Positions 1 through 11,413 of a stretch of 64,000 bases of DNA are shown one piece after another. The stretch covers positions 9,734,001-9,798,000 of the forward strand of contig JBHGNT010000008.1 in the NCBI GenBank assembly GCA_043228905.1. The letters run 5' to 3'. How positions within the stretch are numbered: position 1 is the stretch's first letter; each line of letters begins with the position of its first letter. The notes under the pieces were generated by a model. The model saw only the letters and a program-made list of their open reading frames with translations, ran no database searches and had not been told where the DNA came from. This DNA is from Azolla caroliniana. Taxonomy: Eukaryota; Plantae; Polypodiophyta. A program made the position numbers and the translations under genes.

Positions 1-496
1 CTCTCTCTCTCTCTCTCTCTCTTCTGTCTCAAAGTTGTCATTCAGAGAGTTGCAGAAAGTTAGAAATCAAACACATATCTATTACCTATCTCTCTCTTTC
101 TCTCTTGCTCTCTCTCACTCCACCTTCGATTCTCTATTTCCCCATGTAATTCTTGTTGTGTTCCCTCTGTGCATGATTTTTGTTGTTGTTTCTCTACGAT
201 CTCTGAACTCTATATATGCAGAGATTGTTGTTTCCCCTCTACTAACGTTGTTCTTGTTGTTGATGTGCTTTCTCTGTGTATGCTCGTTTGTCTCCTTTGT
301 GTATGCTCGTTTGTTTCCTCTGCAACAGCCTCGTCAACAACCTCCTGCATATAGGTGATTTTCTCAGCTTGGTGTGCTCACAAGGTGAAGAAATCAACAT
401 AGTATGGTACCTCTAGCTTGACCTTGGCTCCATCTGCCTTCGACCCATCGTTCCATCTGCAACTTGTACGACCTCCAAGTATTCTCTATGCTGCAT

Positions 497-760
497 TTTT
501 AGGGTTTGATTATTCATATTGTATGTGTTGCATGCCCAATTGGTATGTTTTCGTTTTCTTTGTGTTTCTTGTCCGTCTATTTTTATTTTGTGTGTGTTTG
601 ACATGGATGAGTTTTGTTCCGACTGTTTAGGGTTTGATTATTCATATTCTATGTGTTGCATGCCCAACTGGTTTGTTTTCGTTTTATTTGTGTTTCCTGT
701 CTGTCTGTTTTTATTTTGTGTGTTTGACATGGATGAGTTTTTTCCAACTGTTTAGGGTTT
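497..760. repeat. Tandem ~128-bp duplication with telobox-like TTAGGGTTT, in the probable 5' UTR intron
   Basis: TTTAGGGTTTGATTATTCATATT...GACATGGATGAGTTTT occurs twice; a third TTAGGGTTT is at ~753. Confidence 0.85.
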
Positions 761-843
761 TTGTGTGTTTCACATGGCTTGTACATGCAACTTAGATTGA
801 GTTAGCTATGATGATTTGCTGGTTGTTGATGGTATTTTGATGA

Positions 844-2188
844 GTGTTCTTCTTGTACATGCATATTCTTTCAACAAGAATAGTGAAGACTAGGACAATG
901 ACAAGAAGGACACCCATAAAGAAGACATTGGTGAAAGAGAAAGTGAAGACACCAATGAAGGAAAGAAAAAGGACACCTATCAAAGAAAGCAAGAAGACAC
1001 CCACAAGAGAAAGGGTGATGAACTCATCAACTCAGAGAAAGAAGATGTGCCACTCCATCATTCGAGACACACCTCTCGGATGGCATTATTTCCTTCAAGC
1101 ACAACCTAAAGTTTATGAAGAGTTGAGAGAATGGTTGATAAAAACTTGGGGGTCACCACATCCTGATACAAGGCGAGGATTCCAGATAACTGGATTGAAG
1201 AAGGAAGATGTGAACTTATTGAAGACGAGATATGAACTTGTTTATGATACTAATCAAAGCTGTAACAATGAGGTGGGTATTGTTTTTGCACGTGCATTTG
1301 CATGTGAAGTTCAAGGTGGCATCGACGTAGATTGGGAAGATTTTAATCGTCACCGATCAGAACATTATAAAGGGTCCTCCAGTACCAACACTGGCTTGAA
1401 GTCATTGGGAACCTCTCATGTGGATATTCCGGCTACAACACATGTCCACAAAGTTCAATCTGCAAAACTACAGGCCACAATGACTGAAAAGCATGAACAG
1501 ATGATGGCCGGTTGCATAGCTTCTATGAGCTCAAGAATACAAGCACTACTTGCTGATTTGGAAGCAGTTAAATCAGTTGAGATACAGGCATAAAAGCAAT
1601 TCTCTTCAATAAAGACTACATATGAATGGATTGCATCGAAAATCCAAAATTTAGAAAGTGAGGTGTTGAAAGAGGAGTTGAAGAAAGAGCTGAACAATAT
1701 GGGCACTCAATTAGGATCAGAGATGAGAGACCTCGATACTTGCAGAATTGCACATTGCGAACTAGATAATAAGTTGCATTCCGAGAACCTTGCGTGCTTG
1801 ATGTAGGATTTAAAACGAAAAGGTTTTGAAACTTTGTGTCCATTGATAATTGAGCACACAAGTGGTATGGAAAGTACCATTACTAGTATAGCTATATCAC
1901 TATATTGGCTTTAAAAGTTATTTATTTCTACTTTTTTGGTATAAATATCATATTAGCTAATATATTATAACTTGTGTTTGCAATCTGCCAGGTGTATATT
2001 TTGTGGCCTCGGATTCAAGCTTGAGGCTATGGAAGTTGTGATTACATCGTGCTTGCACACATATAATGTGTTATGTGCTAAGTATCATTTTGAGAAAGAA
2101 AATACATGTATGGACTGTAAAACTACAGTTGCTGCTGAGTGGTACTATGCTTGGGGTTTAAAAGTACACTCGTATGGTATGTGGCTCT
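844..2188 (+). pseudogene. Transposon accessory gene, 5' part: basic N-terminus, coiled coil and RING finger exon
   Basis: ORF 844-1593 has TPxK repeats and a predicted coiled coil. After an intron (acceptor CCAG at 1988-1991) comes CIFC-x14-CLHTYNVLC-x10-CMDC...W, a RING-type C/H spacing. It lies inside the Sola2-like element and has stops and frameshifts. Confidence 0.6.
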
Positions 2189-2279
2189 ACTATTCTATTT
2201 TTTGTATTATATGATGTCAATTTACATTTGGATTAGAACTAGTGTACGCCACAATTCATACTTCAAATTTAGGAAAACA

Positions 2280-3400
2280 ATGAATTAGTACTAGTGTAGC
2301 TCCAACAACTAATATGTGGGACCCTATTTATGTGGGTTAGTATTGGTAGTACTCTTAATATATAATTGGTATGGGTAGTTGAACGAACATTTTCCAGAAT
2401 TACTACTATTTGAGTAATTTGGGAACCGTGTGACATTGTTTGGGATTGGTACTAGTTATGTAATTTGAGCACAAGGTATGTAGTACACTGTGAACGATTA
2501 GTACTAAACGTGAATTTGGGAATTAGGAGTGTAGAACACATATCATGATTAGTACTACTTGTATGCAAAATACCACGTTAGTACTAAAGAAGGAAACTGT
2601 TTAGATGTATTTGTTGGATAAGTTCTTCGTCCAATCTATATTACAACTTGCCTAGTACTAAAGAAGGAAGTCGTTTAGATGTATTTGTTGGATAAGTTGT
2701 TCGTCCAATCTATATTACAACTTGCCTAGTACTAGTTTAGTACACACTATACTTGTAGTAGACTGTTGACTATTAGTACTATTTGTGTAATTTGGGAATT
2801 AGTTGTGTAGTACATTGTTCATGATTAGTACCAGTTACGTAATTTGGGAACAAGGTGTATAGTAAATTGTTGAAGATTAGTACAGTTTGTGTAATTTGGA
2901 AATGAGGTGTGTCAAACACATATCACGTTTAGTACTAATACTGTTGAAGATTAATATTGTTGGTGTAATTAGTACTAGTTATGTAATTAGGTGTGTAGAA
3001 CACATATCACGTTTAGTATTACTTGTGTGCAAAATACCACGTTAGTACTAAAGTCCAATCTACATTTGTTGGATTAGATGTTAGTCCAATCTATATTACA
3101 ATGTGCCTAGTACTAGTGTTAGTACACTATACTTGTAGTACATTGTTGACGATTAGTACTAGTTGTGTAACATCTCTTCTGAGTAGTACATTGTTGACAA
3201 TTAGTACTAGTTGTGTAATTTGGGAACTAAGTGAGTAGTACATTGTTCATGATTAGTACTAGTTGTGTAATTTGGGAACTAAGTGAGTAATACATTGTTC
3301 ACGATTAGTACTAGATGTGTAATATGGGAACTAGGTGTAGCCTAATGATTTAGTAATGCAGTTCTTGTGACCTACATTGTATTTTTTATATGATAGTACT
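2280..3400. repeat. Degenerate intronic tandem array (~50-bp units) rich in TAGTACTA
   Basis: GTAGTACATTGTT(G/C)ACGATTAGTACTAGTTGTGTAATTTGGGAA recurs many times. Confidence 0.85.
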
Positions 3401-3468
3401 AACGTTATTTTTTATATCACGGTACTAACGTTGAAGGTTTTTTTGTTTCTTGCAATGAATGTTGTAGG

Positions 3469-4382
3469 GTCAAACAACTCCACGCCAGGGAAGGTAATGG
3501 AACAACTAGCCCCTGTGCCTAAACCCTCGGTATCTACTGCACATTCCAAGGTTCAGGGACCATCATTACCAGTAACCTATGAGTTTTATGATGAAGATGA
3601 ATGTATGAGAAGGGCTATTGGAACAGTGGAACATATGCTTCTACAAACAAATTCCCCAAGCTCCGGTCACAAATTGAGTTAGCATATCTTAATTCTCATT
3701 TGTGTGTATGTTGAATGCCCAATGTCTTTAAAAAAGATCCCACTAAGAAGAGGAATGCTGCAAGAAAGTTGTATGGAAAGGGCTAGAAAGGCAGAGTTGA
3801 ATGCAATGGTGAGTCATATACGTTCTCACTTGTCCGGAGAGTTGTCAACCTAATGCATTGTCTAATACCATGTACTTGTGTTACTAGCTGATGACGGAAT
3901 GATCTTTGGTGAGGGAGATACAAGTCCAAAACCTGATCATGAAGACGAATTTATCACACTCCCAGGTACACGTCAAAAGCCCTCTAAGAAAACAATGATT
4001 TAGATCATAACAACCCTATTATAGTGGTGCTTTTGGTGCATTCTATAGATACTATTATGAAATCTTCTATTGACAATGAGCTCCAACCTGTTGAACACTT
4101 AGATGTTGTGGAGAAGATGACCGAGCCTACCACTTGCAATGGGTTGTCTACGGCTATACAGTATGACGATGTAACAATAGGTAAAAATGTGCCTATTAAC
4201 CCTATGTTCATTGGTGTTGGTATGTTCGCAAAATTTTGAGTATGTGAGTTGATACTAATATCCTCTGGAATCCCATTATTTAAGTTTACAAGACCAGTCT
4301 GATTCCCAACTGCATTCAAATGAATTGGGAACTATATGGAGCACAAGTGCAGAGTCAGATTCTGGGATTAACCTTTGCACGG
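3469..4382 (+). pseudogene. Accessory gene, middle exons (low complexity, degraded), interrupted by element A
   Basis: Acceptor TTGTAG at 3463-3468. ORF pieces 3377-3682 and 4024-4239 are on the same strand. The sequence continues after the TSD at 13500. Confidence 0.4.
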
Positions 4383-5328
4383 TGTCGTGAAGAATGTGCT
4401 TCACGATATAAAAATGAGCTTAAATGTTGTATTTAATAATATTTGAGAGACTTGAACCCACATCCTTACATACGATGTACAATGTACATACCACTAGGCT
4501 AGGCTATTTATTTGTAAAAGTGTGTAATAAATGTGCTTCATGATATAAGAATGAAGCTATATATTGTATTAAGTAAAATTGAGAGACTTGAACCCTCAAC
4601 CTTGTATACAAAGCACCAAGCATACACCACTAAGCTAGGTTAGTTATTTTAGAATGCATTTTCACCATTATACTTATCCCATATCTATTTTCATACATAG
4701 CCATCATTCATCACATGCAATGCATGTGCGCCAAATGGCGATCATGCATTACATGTAACTCATGCATTTCATGCATGCCATGCTCCCATACATTACCATA
4801 TGCATGGCAACACTTATATCAAGAGGGGAAAGGGAAAACAAGGAAAGGAAGAAAAGAAGAGAAAATGGGAGAAAAGAATCTAAGCAAGTATTGAAGATAT
4901 CTTATTCGGTGAAGAGCCTCGAGTTTCAAAGTGGAAGTCGTGGGTTCAAATCAAGGGTCGGTATTGAAAAGATTCATCTTGCGATCAAGGATTGTAAAGT
5001 TGGTAAAATATTATATTTTTAATATACATCATGTTTATATCATATACTCTTGTTCTTTGAATCATAATTTGTCTCAATCTTCTTTCTAGAATCATACTTT
5101 GTCTCAATCTTCTTTCTTGAATCATACATTGCCTCTATCTTTTATCTATGATTGTCTCTCTCTCTGTCTCTCTCTCACACACACACACACATTACTCGTA
5201 ACTCTTCTTCTTACTATCCTTAACCATTCTATCATCACCATACAAGCCTTATTAAAAGTTAAGTACCTTCAACTCCCCTTAACCTTAGTCCCCGCGACTT
5301 CGCCGCACGAACCACAACTACCCCGACA
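4383..5328 (+). repeat. Element A 5' LTR (946 bp)
   Basis: Near-identical to 10979-11115 plus 12702-13499. TATA-like CTTATATCAAG at ~4813. Confidence 0.95.
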
Positions 5329-5332
5329 CATT

Positions 5333-5350
5333 TGGTGAACCCGACGTGAA
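5333..5350 (+). promoter_or_regulatory. Primer binding site complementary to tRNA-Trp
   Basis: TGGTGAACCCGACGTGAA is the reverse complement of the plant tRNA-Trp 3' end (TTCACGTCGGGTTCACCA). The same site is at 46526-46543 in A'. Confidence 0.85.
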
Positions 5351-5367
5351 GGCGGCGACGAGGAGAA

Positions 5368-7560
5368 ATGGAGGAACAACTGCGGCTTATGTGTACGATG
5401 ATCGAACGAGTGATGCGGGAACAAGGGATGATGGCAAGCATCGACAAAGCCGTCGACAATATTCTCGCACGAGTAGGAATCTTCGATGGTATAAATTTAA
5501 CAAGATTTCTGAAGATTTATAATGAAGAAATGCTTAAACAGGGTGTCGACGAAGCTACAAAAATTAATAGCTTTAGTCGAGTTGTTGCGATTGGGCTACA
5601 AGAGAGGATCCAAGAGCTCCAAAGGGAGAATCAGACATGGACAACGTTCGAAAGAGCATTACTCAATGAATACAACCTCAACGATATGTCAAGGATGACA
5701 AGGCGAGCTTTCATGGATTGGGTAGAGTTTGATAAACATTTAAGTGTTTTGGAAGTATTAAAAGAGTTTCTTGAAAGATTTGAGCAATTAAATATTAGGG
5801 ATAGAAATATACTAATGCCAGATAAAGTAATATTGTTTCTCCAAGCCACAAATATTAAAGACAGGAAGGACTTGGGAATGCTTTTAGAAGATCAGAATAG
5901 TCCAAGTGGACTTATCGAAGACTGGGAGGACGTGAAAAGGGCGTGCGCCCATTTCTGCAAAAAAAAGTTATGGTTTATGGAGTTGCCCGATAGAAATGAT
6001 GAAGAAACGAGGAACGAGTTGGGAGAAAAGAAAGTAGAAGAATCACTCTTACACGAATTGGTGAAAGGCATGAAAGACTTGTCGATCAAAGTGACGAAGC
6101 TAGAATCGGGACAAAGCTCAACTTCATCAAGGTATGGAGGTGGAATGGTCCGAAGGTGTATGTGGTGTGATAGTATCGACCACCAGAAGAAAGATTGTCA
6201 AGAGCATAGGGATGCTCTTAATCGTAATAAAATCTACTATCAAGATGGCAAGATTCACTCCACAGAGACTCGACAATCACTTCAACTCAACTTCGGGCGA
6301 GGAGGAATGAAAAAGCTAATGGAAGATGCCGAGAGGGAAACGACTCAAGCGATACAATCCGTGGCAACCTTAGGATTGCGCGTAGAAGACTCATATGGTG
6401 GATCTGGCTTTTGGCAAGATGTGATGGATTATGCAAGAAAAGGGAACGTTCGAGTGGATGAATTAAAAAGAGCGGGAGATGAAATACGAAACTTCACTGG
6501 ATGGAATGATCCAGTAGACGCGCTATCAGCATTCGGCCAAGTGAATGCCCAAGATGTGCTAGTGGAAGAGAAGCGGAAGAGAGCTAAGGAAGCAGATCCG
6601 ACAAAGAGACATGAGACACGAGAACAGAAGAGAAGGGAGATGGAAAAGGGTGCTACTGAGCTGAAGGATGCTGATAAAGTAAAAGGAAAGACAAGCCCAT
6701 CTTTCAAGCTTGCCTCAGACATAGAAACTACGACGGATATAAAAAAGGTACTAGAAACAAGAATACTAAATAGTAAGGTAGAATTTACTTTAAGAGAAGT
6801 GCTGGGTATAGCAAAGAAAGAATTTCATGAAGTTATCATAGATATTATTAGAAGGAAGAGACAGGTGACGAAGGAAATTACGGGAGGGTGTGCAACAACA
6901 CTCCAAGATTTGTATGGTGGCACCATCAATGCTGCAAGTGTAAAAAACCAGAATGATGTTGGCGTCCATGAAGGGGATAGGAGTCACTATACAAGGGACC
7001 ATTGGGCTCGAGCAACAACGGAGGCACCTGCAAAAATTGGGGAGCAGCAAATTCCATGTATTGCTTTGATCGATCATGGATCCGAGATTAACATGATTTC
7101 ATCGGAATTTTACGCTCGAGGACGATGGCCGATCGACAAGAATCATGGGTGGAAAATAAGAGCTGCCACAGAGACTACGGAGGATCCATTTGGAGCATGT
7201 CCTAGTGTGAAGGTAACAATTGGTGATGTGTCGGTGAATCAAAACTTCTTTGTGCAGGATCGATCAACCTACCCCGTCCTCCTGGGTCAGCCCTACATCA
7301 CCGCAATGAGGATGGAAACAAAGGTTATTGATGATGGTTCGGCTTTCGCGAGAATCAAGAGTCAAGACGGAAGAAAGACTGTCCAATTCTTAACCGTGAG
7401 GCCCAACCATGAAAGAAACAAAGAATGCTTGAGGGAACATCCAATTCAAGGAAAGACTGTCCAATTCTTAACTGTGAGGCCCAACCATGAAAGAAACAAA
7501 GAACACTTGAGGGAACATCCAATTCAAGAGATGGATGAAGAGTTTTCCCAGGATTTTTAG
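5368..7560 (+). CDS. gag: Element A Gag-protease (730 aa, open)
   Basis: Zinc knuckle CMWCDSIDHQKKDC, protease ALIDHGSEIN and LLGQPY. A 78-bp in-frame tandem duplication near the C-terminus is absent from A'. Confidence 0.9.
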   Translation: MEEQLRLMCTMIERVMREQGMMASIDKAVDNILARVGIFDGINLTRFLKIYNEEMLKQGVDEATKINSFSRVVAIGLQERIQELQRENQTWTTFERALLNEYNLNDMSRMTRRAFMDWVEFDKHLSVLEVLKEFLERFEQLNIRDRNILMPDKVILFLQATNIKDRKDLGMLLEDQNSPSGLIEDWEDVKRACAHFCKKKLWFMELPDRNDEETRNELGEKKVEESLLHELVKGMKDLSIKVTKLESGQSSTSSRYGGGMVRRCMWCDSIDHQKKDCQEHRDALNRNKIYYQDGKIHSTETRQSLQLNFGRGGMKKLMEDAERETTQAIQSVATLGLRVEDSYGGSGFWQDVMDYARKGNVRVDELKRAGDEIRNFTGWNDPVDALSAFGQVNAQDVLVEEKRKRAKEADPTKRHETREQKRREMEKGATELKDADKVKGKTSPSFKLASDIETTTDIKKVLETRILNSKVEFTLREVLGIAKKEFHEVIIDIIRRKRQVTKEITGGCATTLQDLYGGTINAASVKNQNDVGVHEGDRSHYTRDHWARATTEAPAKIGEQQIPCIALIDHGSEINMISSEFYARGRWPIDKNHGWKIRAATETTEDPFGACPSVKVTIGDVSVNQNFFVQDRSTYPVLLGQPYITAMRMETKVIDDGSAFARIKSQDGRKTVQFLTVRPNHERNKECLREHPIQGKTVQFLTVRPNHERNKEHLREHPIQEMDEEFSQDF

Positions 7561-7594
7561 ATAGGGCTTTTACAGGTAGGGGCTGTGATAGCCC
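7551..7594 (+). promoter_or_regulatory. Putative -1 ribosomal frameshift signal
   Basis: G GAT TTT TAG at the end of ORF1, followed by the hairpin GGGCT-TTTACAG-GTAGGGG-CTGTGAT-AGCCC. Pol is in the -1 frame. The signal is identical in A' (48666-48709). Confidence 0.7.
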
Positions 7595-10500
7595 GAGCAT
7601 AAAAGAAAACCCCATAAATAATAATGTAAATAAAGATATTCCTTGTACAATCTCATCTAATGGTGCTACTTTTATACTAAAAGTAAATAATAATAAAATA
7701 CAAAATGCTTTCGAGTACTTTAAGTGTTCTGGATTAATAGACGATGATGAAGAAATTCAGGATATGTTTGAAGAATTAAGTTTTGAAGATACAATAACTC
7801 ATTTGGAAGCCATGGAAGAAGACAACGAAATCCAAGTTCCCGTCCATTCAATCAAGATGTACGAGGTCATTGAAGAAGTTGCTCGAAAGGATCATGAAGC
7901 ACATGTACTAACAAAGTACAAGACAGTGGAGAAGAAGGTTCGTCCTATTGCTGCTCCACTTCCAGGGGATAGTGAAAAGGCAATCAAAGAAGCAGCCAAA
8001 GAGCCAATGATCAGAGACCCATGAAAGGTAGGACATGTGTTTACTCCGGAAACAATGCAAGGGGTGAAAATAGGAGGGGGTGACTTCCTATTACCTGCTG
8101 AAGAAAAGTAGTTCAAGGAGATGTTAAAAAGGCACGGAAAGGCGTTCGCATTCCAACCGGAGGAAATAGGGTGTGTGGATCCAGAAATTGTGGAGCCCAT
8201 GGTTATATTCACTATCCCTCATATTCCATGGAACTTTAAGCCAATACCCATGCCTAGGGCGAGAATCCCTCAACTATTAGAACTTTTGAAAGAAAAGATA
8301 AGGATGGGTATCTTGGAACCATCGAACGCTCCTTACTCGAGTCGATGGTTCACTGTGTTAAAGAAAGATGGGCAACTCCGATTTATCCAAGATATGCAAC
8401 CCGTGAATAAGGTAACAATCTGAAACTCAGGAGTAGGGCCAATTGTGGATGAGTTTGCTGAGATGTTTGCAGGAAGAGGTATATATTCAATGGGAGACCT
8501 TTATTCTGGGTATGATCAATTTCAACTTGCTATCAAAAGTTGAGATATAACTTCTATCAAGACACCTATAGGGTTAGTACGGATGTGCACCTTGCCGCAA
8601 GGAGCGACCAACTCAGTGGTGCATATGATGAATGGAATGAACAAGGTACTTCGTGATTTTATTCCTCATATTACAATGCCTTTTCTATATGATGTTCCAA
8701 TTAAGGGATGCAAGGAGGAAGAGAAGAACGAGGAATTGGACAAAAGTGGTTGCCGTCAATTCGTTGCTGATCATATCAAGGATTGTGAGAAGGTGCTATC
8801 AAGGATGGAAGAAGTGCATTCGACCTTATCAAGGGCGAAGTCAATATTTGGGGCAAAAGAGATATTAATAGTTGGTCATATGTGTGGCCCGTACGGGAGA
8901 AAGCCATCCCCAACCAAGGTCAATGCAATTCAAAATATGCAAGAGGAATGTACATCCATCTCAGAAGTGCGAAGGTTTTTGGGGGTATGTGTTTTTTACT
9001 GTAAATGGATTTCGCATTATGCCCATTTATCTGAACCTTTATATAGAATCCTAAGAAAAGGAGAGACATTTGAATGGAGTGAAGAGCATTCAGAGGCAAT
9101 GAAGAAATTGAAGTACTACTTGGCACAAGCTCCACCATTAAAGCAACCAGACTACACCCGGCCCATATATCTCACAGTAGACTCTAGTCCCATTGGAATT
9201 GGATGGGTGATAAGCCAACAAGATAGGGAAGAAAGGTATCCAGTCCGATTCAAGGCAAAGGTTCTTAGTGGTCGACAAAGAAAATATGCACAGGTGAAAA
9301 GAGAGCTATGGGGGATAGTAACAGCTGTAAAGACAGACAGAGATTACTTAATTGGTGCCTATTCTTGGTATCATAGCTAATTGTGATATTCCAGATCAAG
9401 CCATGTTAAGATGGTGTATCTATATTAGATCAGTCAACCCTGAAGTTCGACATATCTCTGGGAATAGAAATGCAGTAGCAGATATGTTATCAAGAGCAAG
9501 GTATGAGGAAGAGGAGATTCCAATCTCGGACGATGAGGACAAAGAACAAACAGTCCTTACCACAAGCATTACCTGGGAAAGAGGAATGCAATTTCTAGAA
9601 GAGGAGTATGAAGAAGAATTCAAGGAAATTGGGAAATACCTACAAACCCCTAACAAGTACAAAGGTCGATCTGGAAAAGAGTTCGCACAGTTTCGCAAGA
9701 AAGCCCATAAGTTCTTCCTGCATGAAGGATATCTATGGCGACATCCGAAAACCAAGACTGGAAACCTGCAAAGAGTAATAGGTTCTGAAGGGCAAAGTAA
9801 GGAGATAATCAGAGAGCTACATGACAAAGAATGGGCTGGTCATCGAGGAATGTGGGCCACTTTCAGTAAGATTAAAGAACGATTTTGGTGGCCTCGATAC
9901 TATGAGCAAATAAAAAAGTATGTGGAAACTTGTCCTGCTTGTTAATATTATTCAAACGTAAAATTTTGTGATGAATTACACCCAACATACTCACCGGGGG
10001 TGCATTACAAGTGGATGATAGATTTGGTAACAATGCCACTTGGAGTAGGACAAAAGAGATACTTGGTTCTTGCTAGAGAAGATCTAACAAATCAAGTGGA
10101 AGGTCGTTCATTGCGAACAAAAGGGACATTAGGAGTATGTCAATTCATCTTGGAGGACATTGTTTGTAGATATGGATGTATCGGGAAGATAGTGGCAGAT
10201 AGGGGAGAACTCAATTCTGTGGAAGCTCAAGATTTTTTCGACAAAATAGGAATTCGGCTTTCTTTGACAACGGCGTACAATCCAGAAGCTAATGGAAAGG
10301 TAGAAAGGGGACATGGGCCAATAGTCAAAGCTTTGGCAAAGGCATGTAGAGGACGGGTCAGTGATTGACCAAAAACCTTACCCTATGCACTATGGGCTGA
10401 TAGGACAACTCACAGCACTGTTACTGGATATATGCCTGCAGAATTAATCACAGGACAGAAGCCAATAATGTCAATTGAAGAAAAGATAACTACATGGGCT

Positions 10501-10966
10501 GTATTGCCTTGGGAATCGGAAATGAGTAGGGAAGATTTACTTGCGGTTCGAATACGACAACTTCAATCAAGGACAGAAAACATAGAAAAAGCAGCTACTA
10601 GATTGAAAGAGGCAAGAATCAAGAATAAGGACAGATTTGACAAGATGAAAAGAATACCACCAAGGAAGGTGCAAGAGGGAGATTGGGTATTAGTATATGA
10701 TAATAGCCTAGATAATCAATACAGTACTATTCGGAAGTTTGCAAAAAGATGGTTTGAACCTTATGAAGTTAGGAAAATAACAGACAAAGCCACATATTTC
10801 CTCAATAAATTAGATGGGATAGAAATTCGTATCCCAATTGCAGGAAAAAGGATTAAAATATTTAAAAGGAGGGAGTCATTAGAGCCTAAATTTTATGAAG
10901 AAGTAGAAGAACTAAAAGAATCGGAAGAAGTGTTGGATGAACTCTGCACAACCAATGTGCAAGTTC

Positions 10967-10978
10967 AAAGGGGGTGGG
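10967..10978 (+). promoter_or_regulatory. Polypurine tract of A
   Basis: AAAGGGGGTGGG directly before the 3' LTR. Confidence 0.8.
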
Positions 10979-11171
10979 TGTCGTGAAGAATGTGCTTCAC
11001 GATATAAAAATGAGCTTAAATGTTGTATTTAATAATATTTGAGAGACTTGAACCCACATCCTTATATACGATGTACAATGTACATACCACTAGGTTAGGC
11101 TATTTATTTGTAAAATAAATAGCCTAACCTATTTATTTGTAAAATAAATAGCCTAACCTAGTGGTATGTAC

Positions 11172-11248
11172 ATAAATTAATTCCTGTAGATATTTATTTG
11201 CCGGGTTGTCCACCTAGACCCGAAGCTATTATTGATGTTGTGATTAAA
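11172..11248 (+). pseudogene. ndhK: Plastid ndhK fragment
   Basis: Translates to [25 protein letters not shown], matching the NdhK motif PVDxYLPGCPPxPEAxID. Confidence 0.85.
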
Positions 11249-11413
11249 AAATATTATGAAAATTCACGGAATGCTTGTAATCTACCAATCGTTTGAATAG
11301 ATTGGGTTGGGGGTATATCCCTCATTCCACGGGTTTCCCATTGTCTCGTTATATACACAACAAATATGTATGTGTATCAATCGAAGGACCTTAATAGCTA
11401 TTAATGGCTTGAT

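Larger units (their letters stand above)
7551..10986 (+). pseudogene. pol: Element A pol (RT, RNase H, integrase) with stops and a frameshift
   Basis: LRFIQDMQPVN, LPQG, FLYDV (FLDDV in A'), TVDSS, HHCC zinc finger, ADRGE and NGKVERGH. A 35-bp deletion at ~9358 relative to A'. Confidence 0.92.

Noticed and set aside
4445-4639. Functional tRNA genes in the LTR
   Set aside because: Only A/B boxes and a partial T-stem are present; I see no acceptor or anticodon stems.
4762-5338. Short ORFs recurring in LTR copies (MHFMHAML..., LSLTHTHT...)
   Set aside because: They recur only because the LTR is repeated, run through microsatellites, and change frame between A and A'.
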